A DNA stretch of 64,000 bases from Perkinsus chesapeaki ATCC PRA-425 (Eukaryota > Protista > Perkinsozoa): assembly GCA_013115145.1 (NCBI GenBank), contig JAAPAO010000139.1, positions 644-64,643 of the forward strand. Reading direction: 5' to 3'. Each line of letters opens with the position of its first letter. Positions within the stretch are counted from its first letter, which is position 1. Both the position numbers and the translations under genes were made by a program. A model generated the notes under the pieces. That model saw only the letters and a list, made by a program, of their open reading frames with translations, ran no database searches and was not told the DNA's origin. Below, piece by piece: positions 24,492-39,225 of this stretch.

Positions 24492-25519
24492 ATGAAGCTG
24501 TTCTTTGGCTTTCTGTCCGTGGTACTTGTGGGAGGTGTAAAGATCGCCTACCGGAACTATAAGAAAGGTGACTCTTGTGATGACCCAATATTCAAGGCTG
24601 TGTGTCCGAAGAAGCAAGGCATCCCCTGTTATGTAGCCGTTAACCTCGATGTGAAGCGCAATGTAAGATCACGTGAGGCGTCAGCAGGACATTCGAGCTC
24701 GCCAGCAAGGCTGGCCTCGTCATTTCACCATTGAAGTCGCTACTTCAGAACGTCCTGGGATACATAATCATGGACATACCTGCCAGACTATCTCATGAGG
24801 AAGAAGCAGCCGTGAGATCCAAGATGTAGGGAGGTTAGAATGTTATGAATGCCGAATTCTGCTGCATCGTACATTCACTATTAGCGTCAGGTCAAATCCT
24901 AAGAAGCCGGGAGGCTTTGGTTACATAAAAAACGTAAGTTCCTGATAGTTTTTGGTACGAGAAGACTTCTCGGAGGAGTGCTTCGGATGATGATCTGATC
25001 ATACTGAGATCCTCTAACATTCTCATGACCACTAACATCCTCAGTGAAATCCTCACTACTAGTAATTGAATTACTGTAATTCCATATAAAGCTACGCCGT
25101 GGATGCCGAGTACACTCGAAAAAATATGCATTTCTGCTTTTCAGGTTGAGGTTTCCGAGGCATTCCGTGGACAGGGTATCGGGACCCGTCTCATCAAATA
25201 CAGCATTAAACTAGTGAGTGGAAAAGACTGAGAACCGGGTATTCCTTTGAAGCGTTTGCATTGAAATTACGTGGGGGCAGTCTGGCAAGAGTACCTCTGG
25301 AGAGTACCTGGGGCGACTTACTGGCATCAGTCTACGACCTGCTAGTCAGGCTTTCACTTGAGGCCTGCTTCTCAGGGTATTGAAGCAGGGAACATTGTGG
25401 CGACGACTCTCCTTGTTGACGCGGAGAACCAGGATGCCATACGGTTATATAAAAGGCTCGGGTTTATCGAAGTTATCCGTAAGTCGGAGCTCGGAGCTAT
25501 AACTGTACAGGCTAGCTGA
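24492..25519 (+). CDS. Signal-peptide-bearing GNAT-family acetyltransferase, copy B
   Basis: N-terminal MKLFFGFLSVVLVGG. Exons VLGYIIMD, GFGYIKN|VEVSEAFRGQGIGTRLI and LLVDAENQDAIRLYKRLGF. Shares YR.Y..GD and CYVAVN with copy A. Confidence 0.8.
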
Positions 25520-27139
25520 AGCCATCTTTTCAGATGATATATCGGATATATTCATGGCCTTTTATCTCTAAAACGATATAAGATATCAATCTATTAGCCA
25601 TATGCTACGACAATCCTAGTTCTTGAGGACTGTATGCAGGAGATATCGAAGAATTGTCGCTTTTCAGTCTGTTTGTTATATCACAGAGGCAATGATGCTC
25701 AACATCACATACTTGGCCGTCTGCACCCGCTCTCTCCAACTATGTCATCCCTAGAGAATCGCTGAGTTTTCTTCTCGGAGCTCTCTCTAGCCCGTCAAAA
25801 GGGAGTCGAGTTACGGGTAGTAAAAGTAGAGTCGAACGGCAACCTCATTGCAATCAATAATATCACCGCGCATAGTGCATATATAACTCATCCTTTGACT
25901 CGTATATAATAGATGCTTGATGGTGGTATAACTGTGAGCTGAACTTGGTACCTCTGTCTGGTGATTATGAAATCACCGCCGTATGCCAGTTACACTCGAA
26001 CGTCGGTCATTAACCAACTACAGTAGCTCACCCCTAACCTGTGCAAAGTTTGCACCTCGAAGTTCGAACATTCAATAGTCGCTAATAGCATCAGTCTGAT
26101 GCACGGGCTGATCAAATGCCAAATCTTGGGAGCCAAACTGACCAGCTCGAGTCAATGGAGGGCCGGTTGGACTAGTTCACTGGCCTTATGTTTTCAGCTG
26201 TTAGAAGGTATAGCACTGTTGAATACAGAAGAATAACTCCACCAGAAGTACAGCGACTTCGAGAGTCCTTTAGAACTGACTTGTTGACAGATAGGCTTGG
26301 AGGATGCCGACGTATATCGTGGCATTGGTTTATCCTTAAATTACCATGATCCGAAGGCTGTAAACGTAAGCAATGACAATGAGTCACAATACTATAAATT
26401 CCAGCAACATCCCGACACGGTCAGTTTCGCTGTGGCAGTAACATCACACGTAACGCTAACAGAATCGGCGTTGACTCTAGGCCTTGCCCTCAGCCCGAAA
26501 TAGTAGAGGGCTATGCTGCGACTAATCTTCAGCTAGCCCTTGCCTTGTCTAGCTAAATCAACCGAGCTTTCTCATCATCTCGAATAAAAGCCTGGTCTTG
26601 CAAGATGCGTGAGTGATCTAGTCACAAATTTGATATTGCTGTCAACTGCTGAAACATGTGCTTTGTAGTTTTTAGTACCGGTTACAAGGTAGATGCGTTC
26701 AGTTGCGGGACATGTGTCATTTGTGTGATTCTGTGCGCGTCGGCAAAGTAAATTAGAGCTCCCGTTTTATATTCGAGTGGTGTGATAGGTGTTCGCCGAC
26801 TGACCGGCTACATCTATATAGTCAAGTTTTGCCGATTTTTCTTTCATACTTGTGTTGGAGGTCTCTGTGCTGGATGCAGCACTCAGCATCTCGGTGTCGC
26901 ACATTTTTCCAGAGGTGGGTTCACTTGTCGCGTGTTTAACAGTTAAACTTTAACTCAAGTTTTGCAACCACGTGAACCAACATGGATTGATTGCCCGTAA
27001 AAGGACATTGATTTCCCCAAGTGAGCGACATCGAAGGCGCCTGCGGGGTTCTGCGTAATTGAACAATCTAAGACTAAATTGACTCCCTCAAACGCGAAAA
27101 GGATCTTTTGGTTTCGAATTCGGACCTCCACTGATATTG

Positions 27140-27335
27140 CAAAGCTGTAGATCTTGACCTGTTTGTCACATCCAGGTTACTCGAACTTAAGCATTTCATA
27201 CATGGATGACACTTTTAAACTCATGCCGGATCATCTGGAAACATGTTCGTGTTACAATCATGATTTTCACACACTTTATAAAAAACAATACAAGGTATGG
27301 ATTTTCCTGTCCAACCAATGGATTGTGCGCCGAGT
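27140..27335 (+). mobile_element. Possible degraded Mutator-like (MULE) transposase fragment
   Basis: Frameshifted pieces LFVTSRLLEL / YMDDTFKLMP..KVWIFLSNQ resemble the MULE core MDGTFK..P motif. No TIRs were seen. Confidence 0.3.
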
Positions 27336-28138
27336 TAGTTGGAAGGATGAAGAATAACCGTGCCGACGGCGAAAGTAGTGAACGCGTCTGGCAGAGTTGC
27401 TGTTGACCTCGGTTCGACAGTCGCGGAGGCCACAGTGGTCTTGGTGTCGCTCGTCTTGGGGATTGCCGTGTCATTTTTAACAGTCAACGACATTGTAGTT
27501 GTAGAGCTGATTTGAGGCATACTTGACATTGAAGTCGACTTCTCCCCAGGGCTGAAAGCCTTATCTCTTGTAGTCGAAGAAGGCTCTCTAGTCTGACGGT
27601 TCTCCGTATGCTCAGTTGTGGTCCAAGAACCTCTTCCGGTAGTAACAATTTCGTCAGAGCTCAAGCTAGAATGATAGGTAGTCACTGTAACCGTGGAGGG
27701 CAGTACTGTGGTGTAAGCAGAGCTACTAGTTCTAGTAGAGGGTGTAGCCGATGCTCTCAGGCTGGATGGTGTAGTTGTGCTCGACACCTGAACCGAGTGG
27801 GTTCTGATGCTATCACTGGGATAGGTAGAAACTCCGGGTGGATAAGCGATATTACCGTCGCAGCCTAGCATTGCTAATACGCGATCATCGCAAGAGGGAT
27901 CAGCAGCTGGCTGGAAGCAGGGCGTACCATCGGGTCTCAGGTAGATACCGAAGCAGATAGGTGGATTTTGCCAATACTTGCAGTAGCTATTGTGTGTTGG
28001 TGGGTCACCACTACACTCATGGATAGAGCCACAGGCTCGGGCACAGTTAATATTGATATCAAAGCCAAGGGACAACGCAACGGAAGAGGTACAAGACGCA
28101 AGCCACAAAACGACAAGAGTCGCCATCGACATGACCAT
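27335..28138 (-). CDS. Secreted or surface protein: signal peptide, Cys-rich domain, S/T mucin stalk and hydrophobic tail (GPI-like)
   Basis: MATLVVLWLASCTSSVALSLG, then CARAC..SYCKYWQNPPICFG..PCFQP..SC..GC, about 140 aa of S/T-rich sequence and a hydrophobic C-terminus. Intronless. Confidence 0.8.
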   Translation of the reverse strand: MVMSMATLVVLWLASCTSSVALSLGFDININCARACGSIHECSGDPPTHNSYCKYWQNPPICFGIYLRPDGTPCFQPAADPSCDDRVLAMLGCDGNIAYPPGVSTYPSDSIRTHSVQVSSTTTPSSLRASATPSTRTSSSAYTTVLPSTVTVTTYHSSLSSDEIVTTGRGSWTTTEHTENRQTREPSSTTRDKAFSPGEKSTSMSSMPQISSTTTMSLTVKNDTAIPKTSDTKTTVASATVEPRSTATLPDAFTTFAVGTVILHPSN

Positions 28139-28805
28139 ATATATAAAAGTTCCAAGGATAACTAAGACTCCTTCTAGATCATCTCTGTTGAATCTCTCTG
28201 AGATACTTAACGCTACACAAGTTAGTGAAGGTAACAGCAGTGTATTCAGTGCTAAGATTTACGTGAAAGATCGTCATAAGACGTGGGAGGGAACAGCAAA
28301 GTGATGAAGTTCGCTCTGTGGGTCAACCATGAGGTCTGAAAATGAAAAAATTACCACATACTCATAGGCTGTAAATTGGCTCACCTTCCACCGGACAGTG
28401 ACACACGCATAAGCCATCACTTATATAAACGAAAGGCACTCGGCAGTAGAAATACCACATCAGCTTCTTTTTCCGCTTGTCACACCACGACCACAAAACA
28501 CATACTTCCATCAGGAACCAGATGCACTCAGCATACACCACAATGCCAAACATGCCTAACAGCTACTATAATGAGGAGAACTTAAGAACGATCAAGACAC
28601 GACTCGGCATTTAGCCAAAAATACTTAGCGCTGTTGGTGGATAAAAACGCCATAAATTGGTTAAGTTGCAGAACAAGATATTAGAGATCGGTAAAACGGA
28701 GCAAAATGTCATAGAAAATGATTGAGAGTTGAAAAACAGTTATTATTTTAAGGTAGAGCAAAACAATGCGAGACCGCTTGTGTATTAGATTTGGCAACTA
28801 TATTA

Positions 28806-29692
28806 GTGAAGAACACCTGACAACATCATTAGACTCAAGAATGACTACAATGAAGCTCACTTCCTTCTTGGGCAGCAGACGAAGATGAGTTTTCTTCTGG
28901 ATCCACTCCATGCGGTACCGTTGGCGCGGCAGCCGGGAAATGTACCGGCGAGAGGTATCCTTGAAACAATCCAAACGTGGGAGAACCATCAGAGCCTGGG
29001 GCTAGACTTCCGGCTGAAACGGCAATGCTTGTGGTGATGTCAATTGTATTCTTACAAGAGAAGTTTTGTGGTATCATCGGCAGCATGATATTTGAGGGAC
29101 TCTGTTGTCCAAATTGCTGTGGGTACTGCATCATTCTGAAAGACCGGCTTGGACTAGACATGACGATGGAAAAAGTTACCGGAATATTGCCGAACTCGAA
29201 GGGCTGCCTTGAGGCGGTGGCATGAAGCTCGTATAGAAAGGGTTCATACCAGTCATCGATGCGAACTGACAGTTAAAATTCCTGATCCGGAAAAAACGCT
29301 GCACCCTACCGGAGATTCCCCTTCGTTGCTCGGTATTCTAGAAATCGGCGACCCTACAGGTAACGGTTGACGAATATGGTTCATGAAGGCACTTTGTGGG
29401 GAAAGGTCGTTCGAGCTTAAAGCAGCGCTGTTCGGTTCTGGGATATCTTGCGGACCGCTGGTGGCTGCGGCTGCGATGGCCTGCTGGTGAGCTGCAGCAG
29501 CCGCGGCAACTAAATGCGGGTTGGCAATACCAGCATGACCCCCCTAAGCGATGATACGAGGATTACTCGGCGTTCGCTGTAGTGTGTTGTGTTATGCCTT
29601 ACTACCTGAACCATGCTGGCAAGAAGTCTCGACATGATCTGTTGCTGTTGCGTCGGGTTCATAGCTGTAATTCTGTTTACTGTCGCCGACAC
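28806..29692 (-). CDS. Q/A/P/S-rich low-complexity hypothetical protein
   Basis: Linked minus frames MSATVNRITAMNPTQQQQ.., VAAAAAAHQQAI.. and MMQYPQQFGQQ.. with GT-AG gaps. Confidence 0.45.
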
Positions 29693-30271
29693 CCCTGAGA
29701 TGAATGCCTTGTTGTTCTATCACTGTTATTATATCAACGAGGGCACTATCTAATTTACCAACGGAATAGATGACAATATTAGTCCTTTTGAAACCTCAGT
29801 TTTGTAACAGTGATGTGAGCAAGAAGCTCGTACAGGCTAAGCAGGCTCAGAAGCCACTACACAGCTACTAGTAGTTCGACTAAGACTGCCGCGATGTTCC
29901 ATCACTGAATGGAGGATATCTACTGGCTTCTACTGGGGATTCAATGACGACGTACATTATTATTAGTAATAAAAATGAAAGTACGGTTGGTTTAATGAAA
30001 GTATACTAACTTCTGAGCACGACTGATATCACACGTTCTTTAAAGAATCGGCGGAGGCAGCAGCAGCAATACATCATCACCACCACCATATAGTTACAGA
30101 AATGGACAATCCTCGGGTGTCGAGGATATCAATAACGAACCCTGCCTCCCTAATGCCAAGACACCGCCGAATTCACCAACAATTATTAATGTACGGAACA
30201 ATTGGCATTGGCGACTACCAAGGTAAATGTTGGTAATACTAGAAATGAGATTGTAGACCTAGACCGGAGAC

Positions 30272-32931
30272 CTAGAGAGGAGGCAGCTCACTAGACAGGC
30301 TTTCCTCGTATTCAAGCAGCCAGTTCGTTATACTATCCGTGGAGGTAGTACCAGTGGGGCTAGGCTCCAATCCACCACCACTGCCAACATCTCCTTGGTG
30401 ATAGGGATGCCCGAGAGCTTCAATTGGTAACGCTATGTTACTTCCCGGCATCGGACCAGTCGGAGGTGATTGGTCGTACCTAAGTAAGTGTGTGATAGAA
30501 ACCCGCGGGGGAAGTATATCTTACGCTGTACTGGCAACTGAACTGACTCCACCGTAACGATGAGATGTAAACATGAGTGGTGGACTGTTACCATAAGCAC
30601 CGCTAATACCATGTTTAAGAGGGAAGTAGGACTGCGTACCACCACCACCACCACCCTGATGATGAAGCTACTGTATTCAAGATGAGCTGCTGCTGCTATT
30701 GGCGTACCGTCCTTGAAGAGGCTCCTCCTGCTGCTCCCCTCGTATTGCGTGTACTAGAGTTGTTGTTCATCCCACCAGGTACCCAAGTCTGATTGGTCGC
30801 ATACGATACGTTGATCGATCTAGATGACCCCGGGAAGCAGTAGTCATTCATCACCATTGCCGCTTCAGCGTCGTGTGCCTAAGCTGCGATAGGAGGCAGT
30901 CGAATAAGTTGAGGCTCACGTAAGCAAATGTGATAAAAGCTGCCCCTTTGGATTTCCCTTCTGCATTGGTAAGTAATGCCACCTCTAGAATCGGGCCAAA
31001 CTGCCCAAATAATTGAGCCAAGTCAAACGTTGTCTTGCTGTAAGGCAGACAACCCACGAAGAGCTACAAACAATAATAGCGATTCGCAGCTCTACCGGCT
31101 CGAGTTACCTTAGCAGGTGTTAAGTCCTCCTGAGGAAGGTTGGGATTGGGAACGAGAACGCTTGGTGGTGGCCTCGACTCCGAGTTGCCTAGATACAAAT
31201 GTTCCATGCGGTCGAAGCTGTCAGCTGCTGCTGCTGCTGCTCACTATCAGCATTTGCTACTGCTGGTCTTAGAAGCCCCGTTGATGTTAGATTAGAAGAA
31301 GTATCCATTGCCTGAGCCACAGTAAGCACATCATCACCAGACGCCACCTATAAGACTGCTACCCTGCTCTGTGTTGCAGCACTCTCTGCTCTGGGACCTC
31401 CATGGGTGGACGTGCCAGTATTGCCGCTTATAGCACTCCCGCCTTCCACCTCTGACAGGCTTACATACAGCGCGACTTCGCAGTATTTCCTACCAGTAAT
31501 GCTATGGCCTTCCTCATTAAGCGGGACAGCACTAAGGTTGCTAACGTTGGTTGCTGATGCTTGAATATCTACTGGTGACCTTTGCGATGACGTTGATGTC
31601 ATTGTGCTTGAAAAACGCCTTATTGGTGAGGCAAAGTATGCTCGGACCGCAGGCAAATGCATGCTGTTCACACGAAACTCCCGCAAGTGGCAGGCTTGGA
31701 CCTGAAATGAGGCAATTATAGGCACTTCGGGAGGCTGTTGCTGATGCTGCTGCTGACAATTGCAGGAGCCTACCAATGCAGCGGCGGGCTCTCGCGCAGT
31801 ATACTTGACGTAGCATGCTCCTGTACTCTTGCCATCAGCTCTAAAGAGCATGAATTCCCTTATTTCCCCATATGTGTCCAAAGTGGTTAACAGCTCATGC
31901 TCGGCCATAACCATCCTGAAGTATTATGCCGACATAACCGTGGTGGTGATAATGATAGCAACAACTTACTCGTCTCTAGGTAAGCCTATAAGATACACGC
32001 GATTCTCCCTTTTCTCAAGCTCTCCAGTAGCATACTTCACCTGCATGGCTGCACGCACCTAACAAGCTGATCGTACCAAGAGGGAACAAGAGGTCTGTGA
32101 CCTACATGTCCCACATAGAATTGACCATGCAATCGGGATATACATTCATCACAAGAGTCCCTAGTAATGTACCTAATAGCAGTACTAATGGCAACTCAAA
32201 CAACGTGAGCAGCAGGGCTACTTCAACCATGCACAGCCTTTGCTGCGGCCCTCTCGATCACGTTGAATTGCTAATTCTACAATGTCACCAAATTGTGCAA
32301 ACAAGGGATACCTGCCGGACCCTTAAGCAAGGCGCACAGGATTGGTATTACAGATCATGCTCAGTGGTGTCAAAAGGTAGGCATCCTACAAAAAGCTTGT
32401 ATGGTCCTTCATCATCAATTCGACTAGTGTTAACTCCGTGATCCTGACCACACACAGTCTTCTATCAACCCACTGACCTAGCTCATACCCATGCCATCCG
32501 ATTAAGCCATGAGACCTCATCACCATCGATTATCTCAGGCTTACATGACCCTCCTGATGTATCCGACGCTTTACCTCCCGCACTGTGAAGATTTTACCAG
32601 ATACATTACGATTGTCATATTTGGGGTCTACTACCTGTTAGCTCCTATATTGCTGGCTGTATCAGATACCCCTTGCGACAGCGATCGAGGTACCTGTCCT
32701 CGCCTATACATCTCAGGCGTTTGAGTCGACGATGCTTACGAAGTCCTCCGCGTCGGGTTTGAGTCTGCTTCGCTCGCTGCGGGATGAAGGTTGCGCATCT
32801 GTTCATACTTACAAGTTCAATGTCGCTTGCCGGCGGTCCTTAAGCTCACCTGGGCTGCCAGGGATTTCTGCCGTTGCAGCAATCGCTCCTATTGAATTGC
32901 TCCCTGAAGTAGCCGATCTCACCGTCGACAT
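30272..32931 (-). CDS. Multi-RRM RNA-binding protein (CELF/Bruno/FCA-like)
   Basis: RNP2/RNP1 pairs LFVGCLPFD..GRSKGCAWLK, GEIREF..GKSTGACYVKY and LFVGCLPYS..GKSKGAAFITF, with Q/S-rich linkers. Confidence 0.82.
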
Positions 32932-32961
32932 AAACACTGTTATTCAACTCTGATGGCAAGC

Positions 32962-32990
32962 AAAACCCGAAACCCCAAAACCCGAAAACC
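32962..32990 (-). promoter_or_regulatory. (GGGTTTT/C)n G/T-rich repeat just upstream of a putative trans-splice acceptor AG (32950-32951)
   Basis: The minus strand reads GGTTTTCGGGTTTTGGGGTTTCGGGTTTTG-CTTGCCATCAG, 18 nt before the RRM gene ATG. Confidence 0.45.
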
Positions 32991-33046
32991 AGTTCCATTG
33001 GGGAAACTTAAGTGGTACAACATGCAGAATAGCGACTGGTAAATTA

Positions 33047-34669
33047 TCAATGCGAAGTCTGTGCAAGACGCATACGCATGGCGTTCGCTATCAACGCCTC
33101 GAAGTGGAATATCGGTTTATTTCCGCCATGGTAGAGCCTGGACTCGAACCTGTGCGGGTTGTTGTGATGAAGAAGTAAGCACACGGGTAGCTGCTCACTT
33201 GGACGAAAGAGCGGCCAGTGTCGGCCAATAATCCTGCGAGTCCCCCAAAGCTGAGCCTAACATCACTAGCAGCTGGTAGAACATCTCGTTAGCCGGTATC
33301 TCTATTGCCAACAGCCCGTACAGCTTGTCCCGTATAACCTGTCACATCCACCTAACAGCAAACAGCTGTCAACATGCCCCAGTAACTAACCTTCAATTGA
33401 CGTGGTGTCTGTTCCGCTAATATGTCCTGTGTTATGCTTTCAATAACAACCTGCATCACCAAAGATATCATCCACACGCGATCTACGCTCGCTGACTTTC
33501 CAAGGTAGCTCCGCCAGCGGTGTATTGGCGTTCCTCAGTGCCTGCCTACCACCATTCTGCGCTGCCATGGCATCCAACTGCAGCAGAGCGAATCTCATAT
33601 CGCCACCAGAGGCATTTGCTGGCCACAGTGCGGACATTACAAACCAGAGACCGTGCGCCAACTTACCTATGATGCTTGCCAACTGAGGATTCATCTCCAC
33701 ACCGTATTTAGCTTCAACCTTCTCCAACTCGCTTTTAACCTATCGTAAGATTCCCAAAGCTCTCCACTAGGATCACTGTCACCTCTGCCAGAGCAGGCCG
33801 AGGCACCCTTATGGCCATGCACCGACTTCGTAACGGTGGTATCAACGGTGCCAAGGAGTCCGCGTGAAAGAATATCTTCAGCACAGACACATATCTAAGC
33901 TTGAACCATGCTTGATACGTCCGCTGGCTTCCACACTACTTCTCCATAGTCCTCCTAAGCCCAGCTTGGGCTGCCCGACTCAAACAGTGCGCACTGTTAA
34001 TCACAACAACTCTAAAGGGAGCATCCCCAACTGGAGGTGCTTGTGCCATCTCCTTCACAAGCTGACATGTCTTCCATCATCCCAGCCGATGCTATCAGCC
34101 CTACATGCTGTATCACGAGGACGTCCTTAGCCCCCACTTCACTGGGTGTTATCTCTATATGATAGCTACTAAATATAACCTACCACTGCCCAAGCTAGGT
34201 CTTACTATCGACGACAGCGCTATCACCTGTATTTCCAACTCTGGCCCGGTAGCATTAGGCTTTATCGTCCTCAGTTCACGCTTTGCCTGTATTGATGGAC
34301 TCCAACCAGGAAGGCCAACCCGCCGCCCGCTACTACCTTCAATGCACCAGGGCCAAATATTTCCCTCAGCAGACAGAGAATCCTGCAAGGCATCGCAGCT
34401 TCCCTGAGACCACACCCCCCAGTATCACCTGGTCATCTTGCCACCACCGGTTGGACCATAGAACAGCAAATGCGGAATATCTCTCTGGCGTGCCTAATCA
34501 CGACGCCCGTCTCCTCCACCATCATGCGCCATTCTGCGTCGCTCCGTCAGCTGTCAGCTTCTTTTAAGTCCCCGCGGCCTACCAGCCCCTTGAGGACCCT
34601 CGTCACGCTATCATTGTAGGTAAGCCCATCCAGAGTCGTCGGCCGCTCGCTGTCCATGAGGAATGCCAT
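33047..34669 (-). CDS. RFC3: Replication factor C small subunit (human RFC3 / yeast Rfc5 type)
   Basis: MAFLMDSERPTTLDGL, PHLLFYGPTGGGKMTR, YHIEITPSEVG, AQAGLRRTMEK, PPLRSRCMAIRVP and KPIFHFEAL. Confidence 0.9.
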
Positions 34670-34877
34670 ATTAACCTCTTCACTGACGACACAGAATCTC
34701 AAGATCCCTCAAGATGAGCAAGTCCATGTAAAAAGCGCTCGCCCCAAAACATATGACCGAACTCAAGACGCACGGATGGGTGGTACAAAAAATCATGATT
34801 GATAAAGAACACTACGATGAGGATGAGGTGATGGATTGGGCACAAATCTTATAGGTCGTCGTCTTCAATGTCTCCAC

Positions 34878-36813
34878 TTAATCCTTAATCCATTCGTACT
34901 CGCTTCTATCAGCAGCAGCCGACTGCAGGCTTGCGTCACGACGCCTATTGGGGAGAGTAATGATGCATGGGGATTCGGACCGGCCTACCTATTGAAAGCG
35001 CTTCTTTTAACGACCAACTCCTTGCTCTTGACCTTATCAGTACGATCATCAACATCGACATAATCTCGTGTATCGTAACCCTTATAGACCTGAGGCGATA
35101 CAGCTGCAAGTAATTGTGCTAAGGGAAAGAAGCCAACCTGGAAGGGACGGTAGATTCTGTTTTCCGGATCATCAATCCATTCAGACCAGTGTGCCAACCA
35201 TCCAGCGAGCCTCGGCACTGTGAAGAGGATTGGGAACATATCTGATAGAAAAACCGTAAAATAAATCAAGGACCGGGCAGCCTACCAGTGGGGAAGCCCA
35301 TAGCCTTGTAGATAAGGCCGGAATAGAAGTCCACATTTGGGTACAGCTTTCTGTCTTTAAAGTAGGGATCTGATAAAGCGATCCTCTCGAGCTCCATGGC
35401 AACTTCAATCAGAGGCTCTCGGCCACAAATCTCAAAGACCTGTCATGCTGCATTTAATACTCGAGCCATCACTCCATGTTACATCCTCAGCAATCTTTCT
35501 TATTATTGTCGCCCTCGGATCATAATTCTTATAGACTCGGTGACCGAAGCCCATAAGGAGCTCCTTACGCTGCTTCACCTAAGGTACTAGGCATGCCTCA
35601 CCGCTGACAGCAGCTTCAACAGCTTACCTTCTCGACAAATGTTGGCACGTTTTCGACAGAGCCGATTCTCTCGAGCATGCGAAGTACAGCTTCGTTAGCT
35701 CCACCATGACGAGGACCGTATAGGGCGCCGGCCGCAGCAGCACAAGCCGTGTATACGTCCACCTGCATTCGAAGAATTAACATACTCTCGAATGCAACTA
35801 TTACGTTGCTAGAGGTAAGATGACGCATTGCGCTAGTGGAGCAGTTGAGCTCATGTTCGGCATGGAGGACAAACAAAACGTCAAGCGCCTTCACCAGCCT
35901 TGGATGGGGCCTGTAGCTTGTACCTAATCGCATAATACACGTGATCGATGATGAAAGTTGTTACCTTCATGAGACACGTCCAGCATATATAAAAAGTTCT
36001 CGGTGTATCCGAGGTCAGAGTTAGGTATGTTGAATGGTCTGCCCATCCGATGCCTATAGGCCATCGCCGCCAGTGTTGTAGCCGAGCCCAGGATGCGGGC
36101 TATCTCCTTATTGCGCACCTGAACCAAAATGATGGCCACGTTAGTCCACCTCCCCCTCCTACCGCTTTGTCTTTATATATGTTCTGGCTCGTCAATGCCG
36201 GATTGCTCTCTGGATGCAGAGTGCCGAGGGCTGCCATGGCCGATACGAACATGCCCATTGGATGGGCATCATAGCGGAAGGCCTAAGCAGACGATCACCG
36301 CCAACTGAGGCTGATAGGAGCTCACAGAGGTCAAGGCGGCCACGTCCTGATGCAACATAGAATGACGCATGAGATCCTGCTCCCACTGGTACAGCTGTCC
36401 TCTAGAGGGCAGCTCACCGTACCTGAATGAGACTACCAGACGGACCCACGCCAAAATGACAGCATACTGTAGGAGGAAGGCGACCTCCGGGAAGGAGCTC
36501 TTCTCGGCTATCTGTTCTATCGGGTAGCCCCTGTAACGAAGAATCCCTCTATTGCCATCGATAAAGGAAATACGTGAGATACAGCAGGTAGTGTTCATGT
36601 ACCTACGCATACCAATCCATGAGAATAAGGCATCACCACCACCCAAACTGCCTACCCAGGATCATAAGTCTGGATTCCCAACTGCTTGAGGTCAGTTGCA
36701 CGTATCGTCCCGTCGGTCACTTTAACGTCGATCTTCTTACCGTTTCTGTTATCGGTGATGGTGAGGGTCGTGGGAGGAGCAACATGGCCAGCAACGCCGT
36801 TCAAACGGTTCAT
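34878..36813 (-). CDS. Citrate synthase, peroxisomal/glyoxysomal (bacterial type II-like) class, with an N-terminal PTS2-like nonapeptide
   Basis: [66 protein letters not shown] and GWLAHW. N-terminus [11 protein letters not shown]. Confidence 0.95.
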
Positions 36814-37006
36814 ACCGGATTAGTAAAAACGCTGTCAAAACTGGTGGGGACAGATGAACACAAGACCGACAGAAGGTCGTAAAAAAGAGAAAGATGATCC
36901 ATCGCATCATTAGGTAAAATCGTCCCACGTCGACGATCAGCCGCACGGCAGCCAGCCCAACAACGGGCGCAAAAATGTGCTGTGCTGACAACGTGAAGCA
37001 ACATGA

Positions 37007-39225
<2,219 letters not shown>

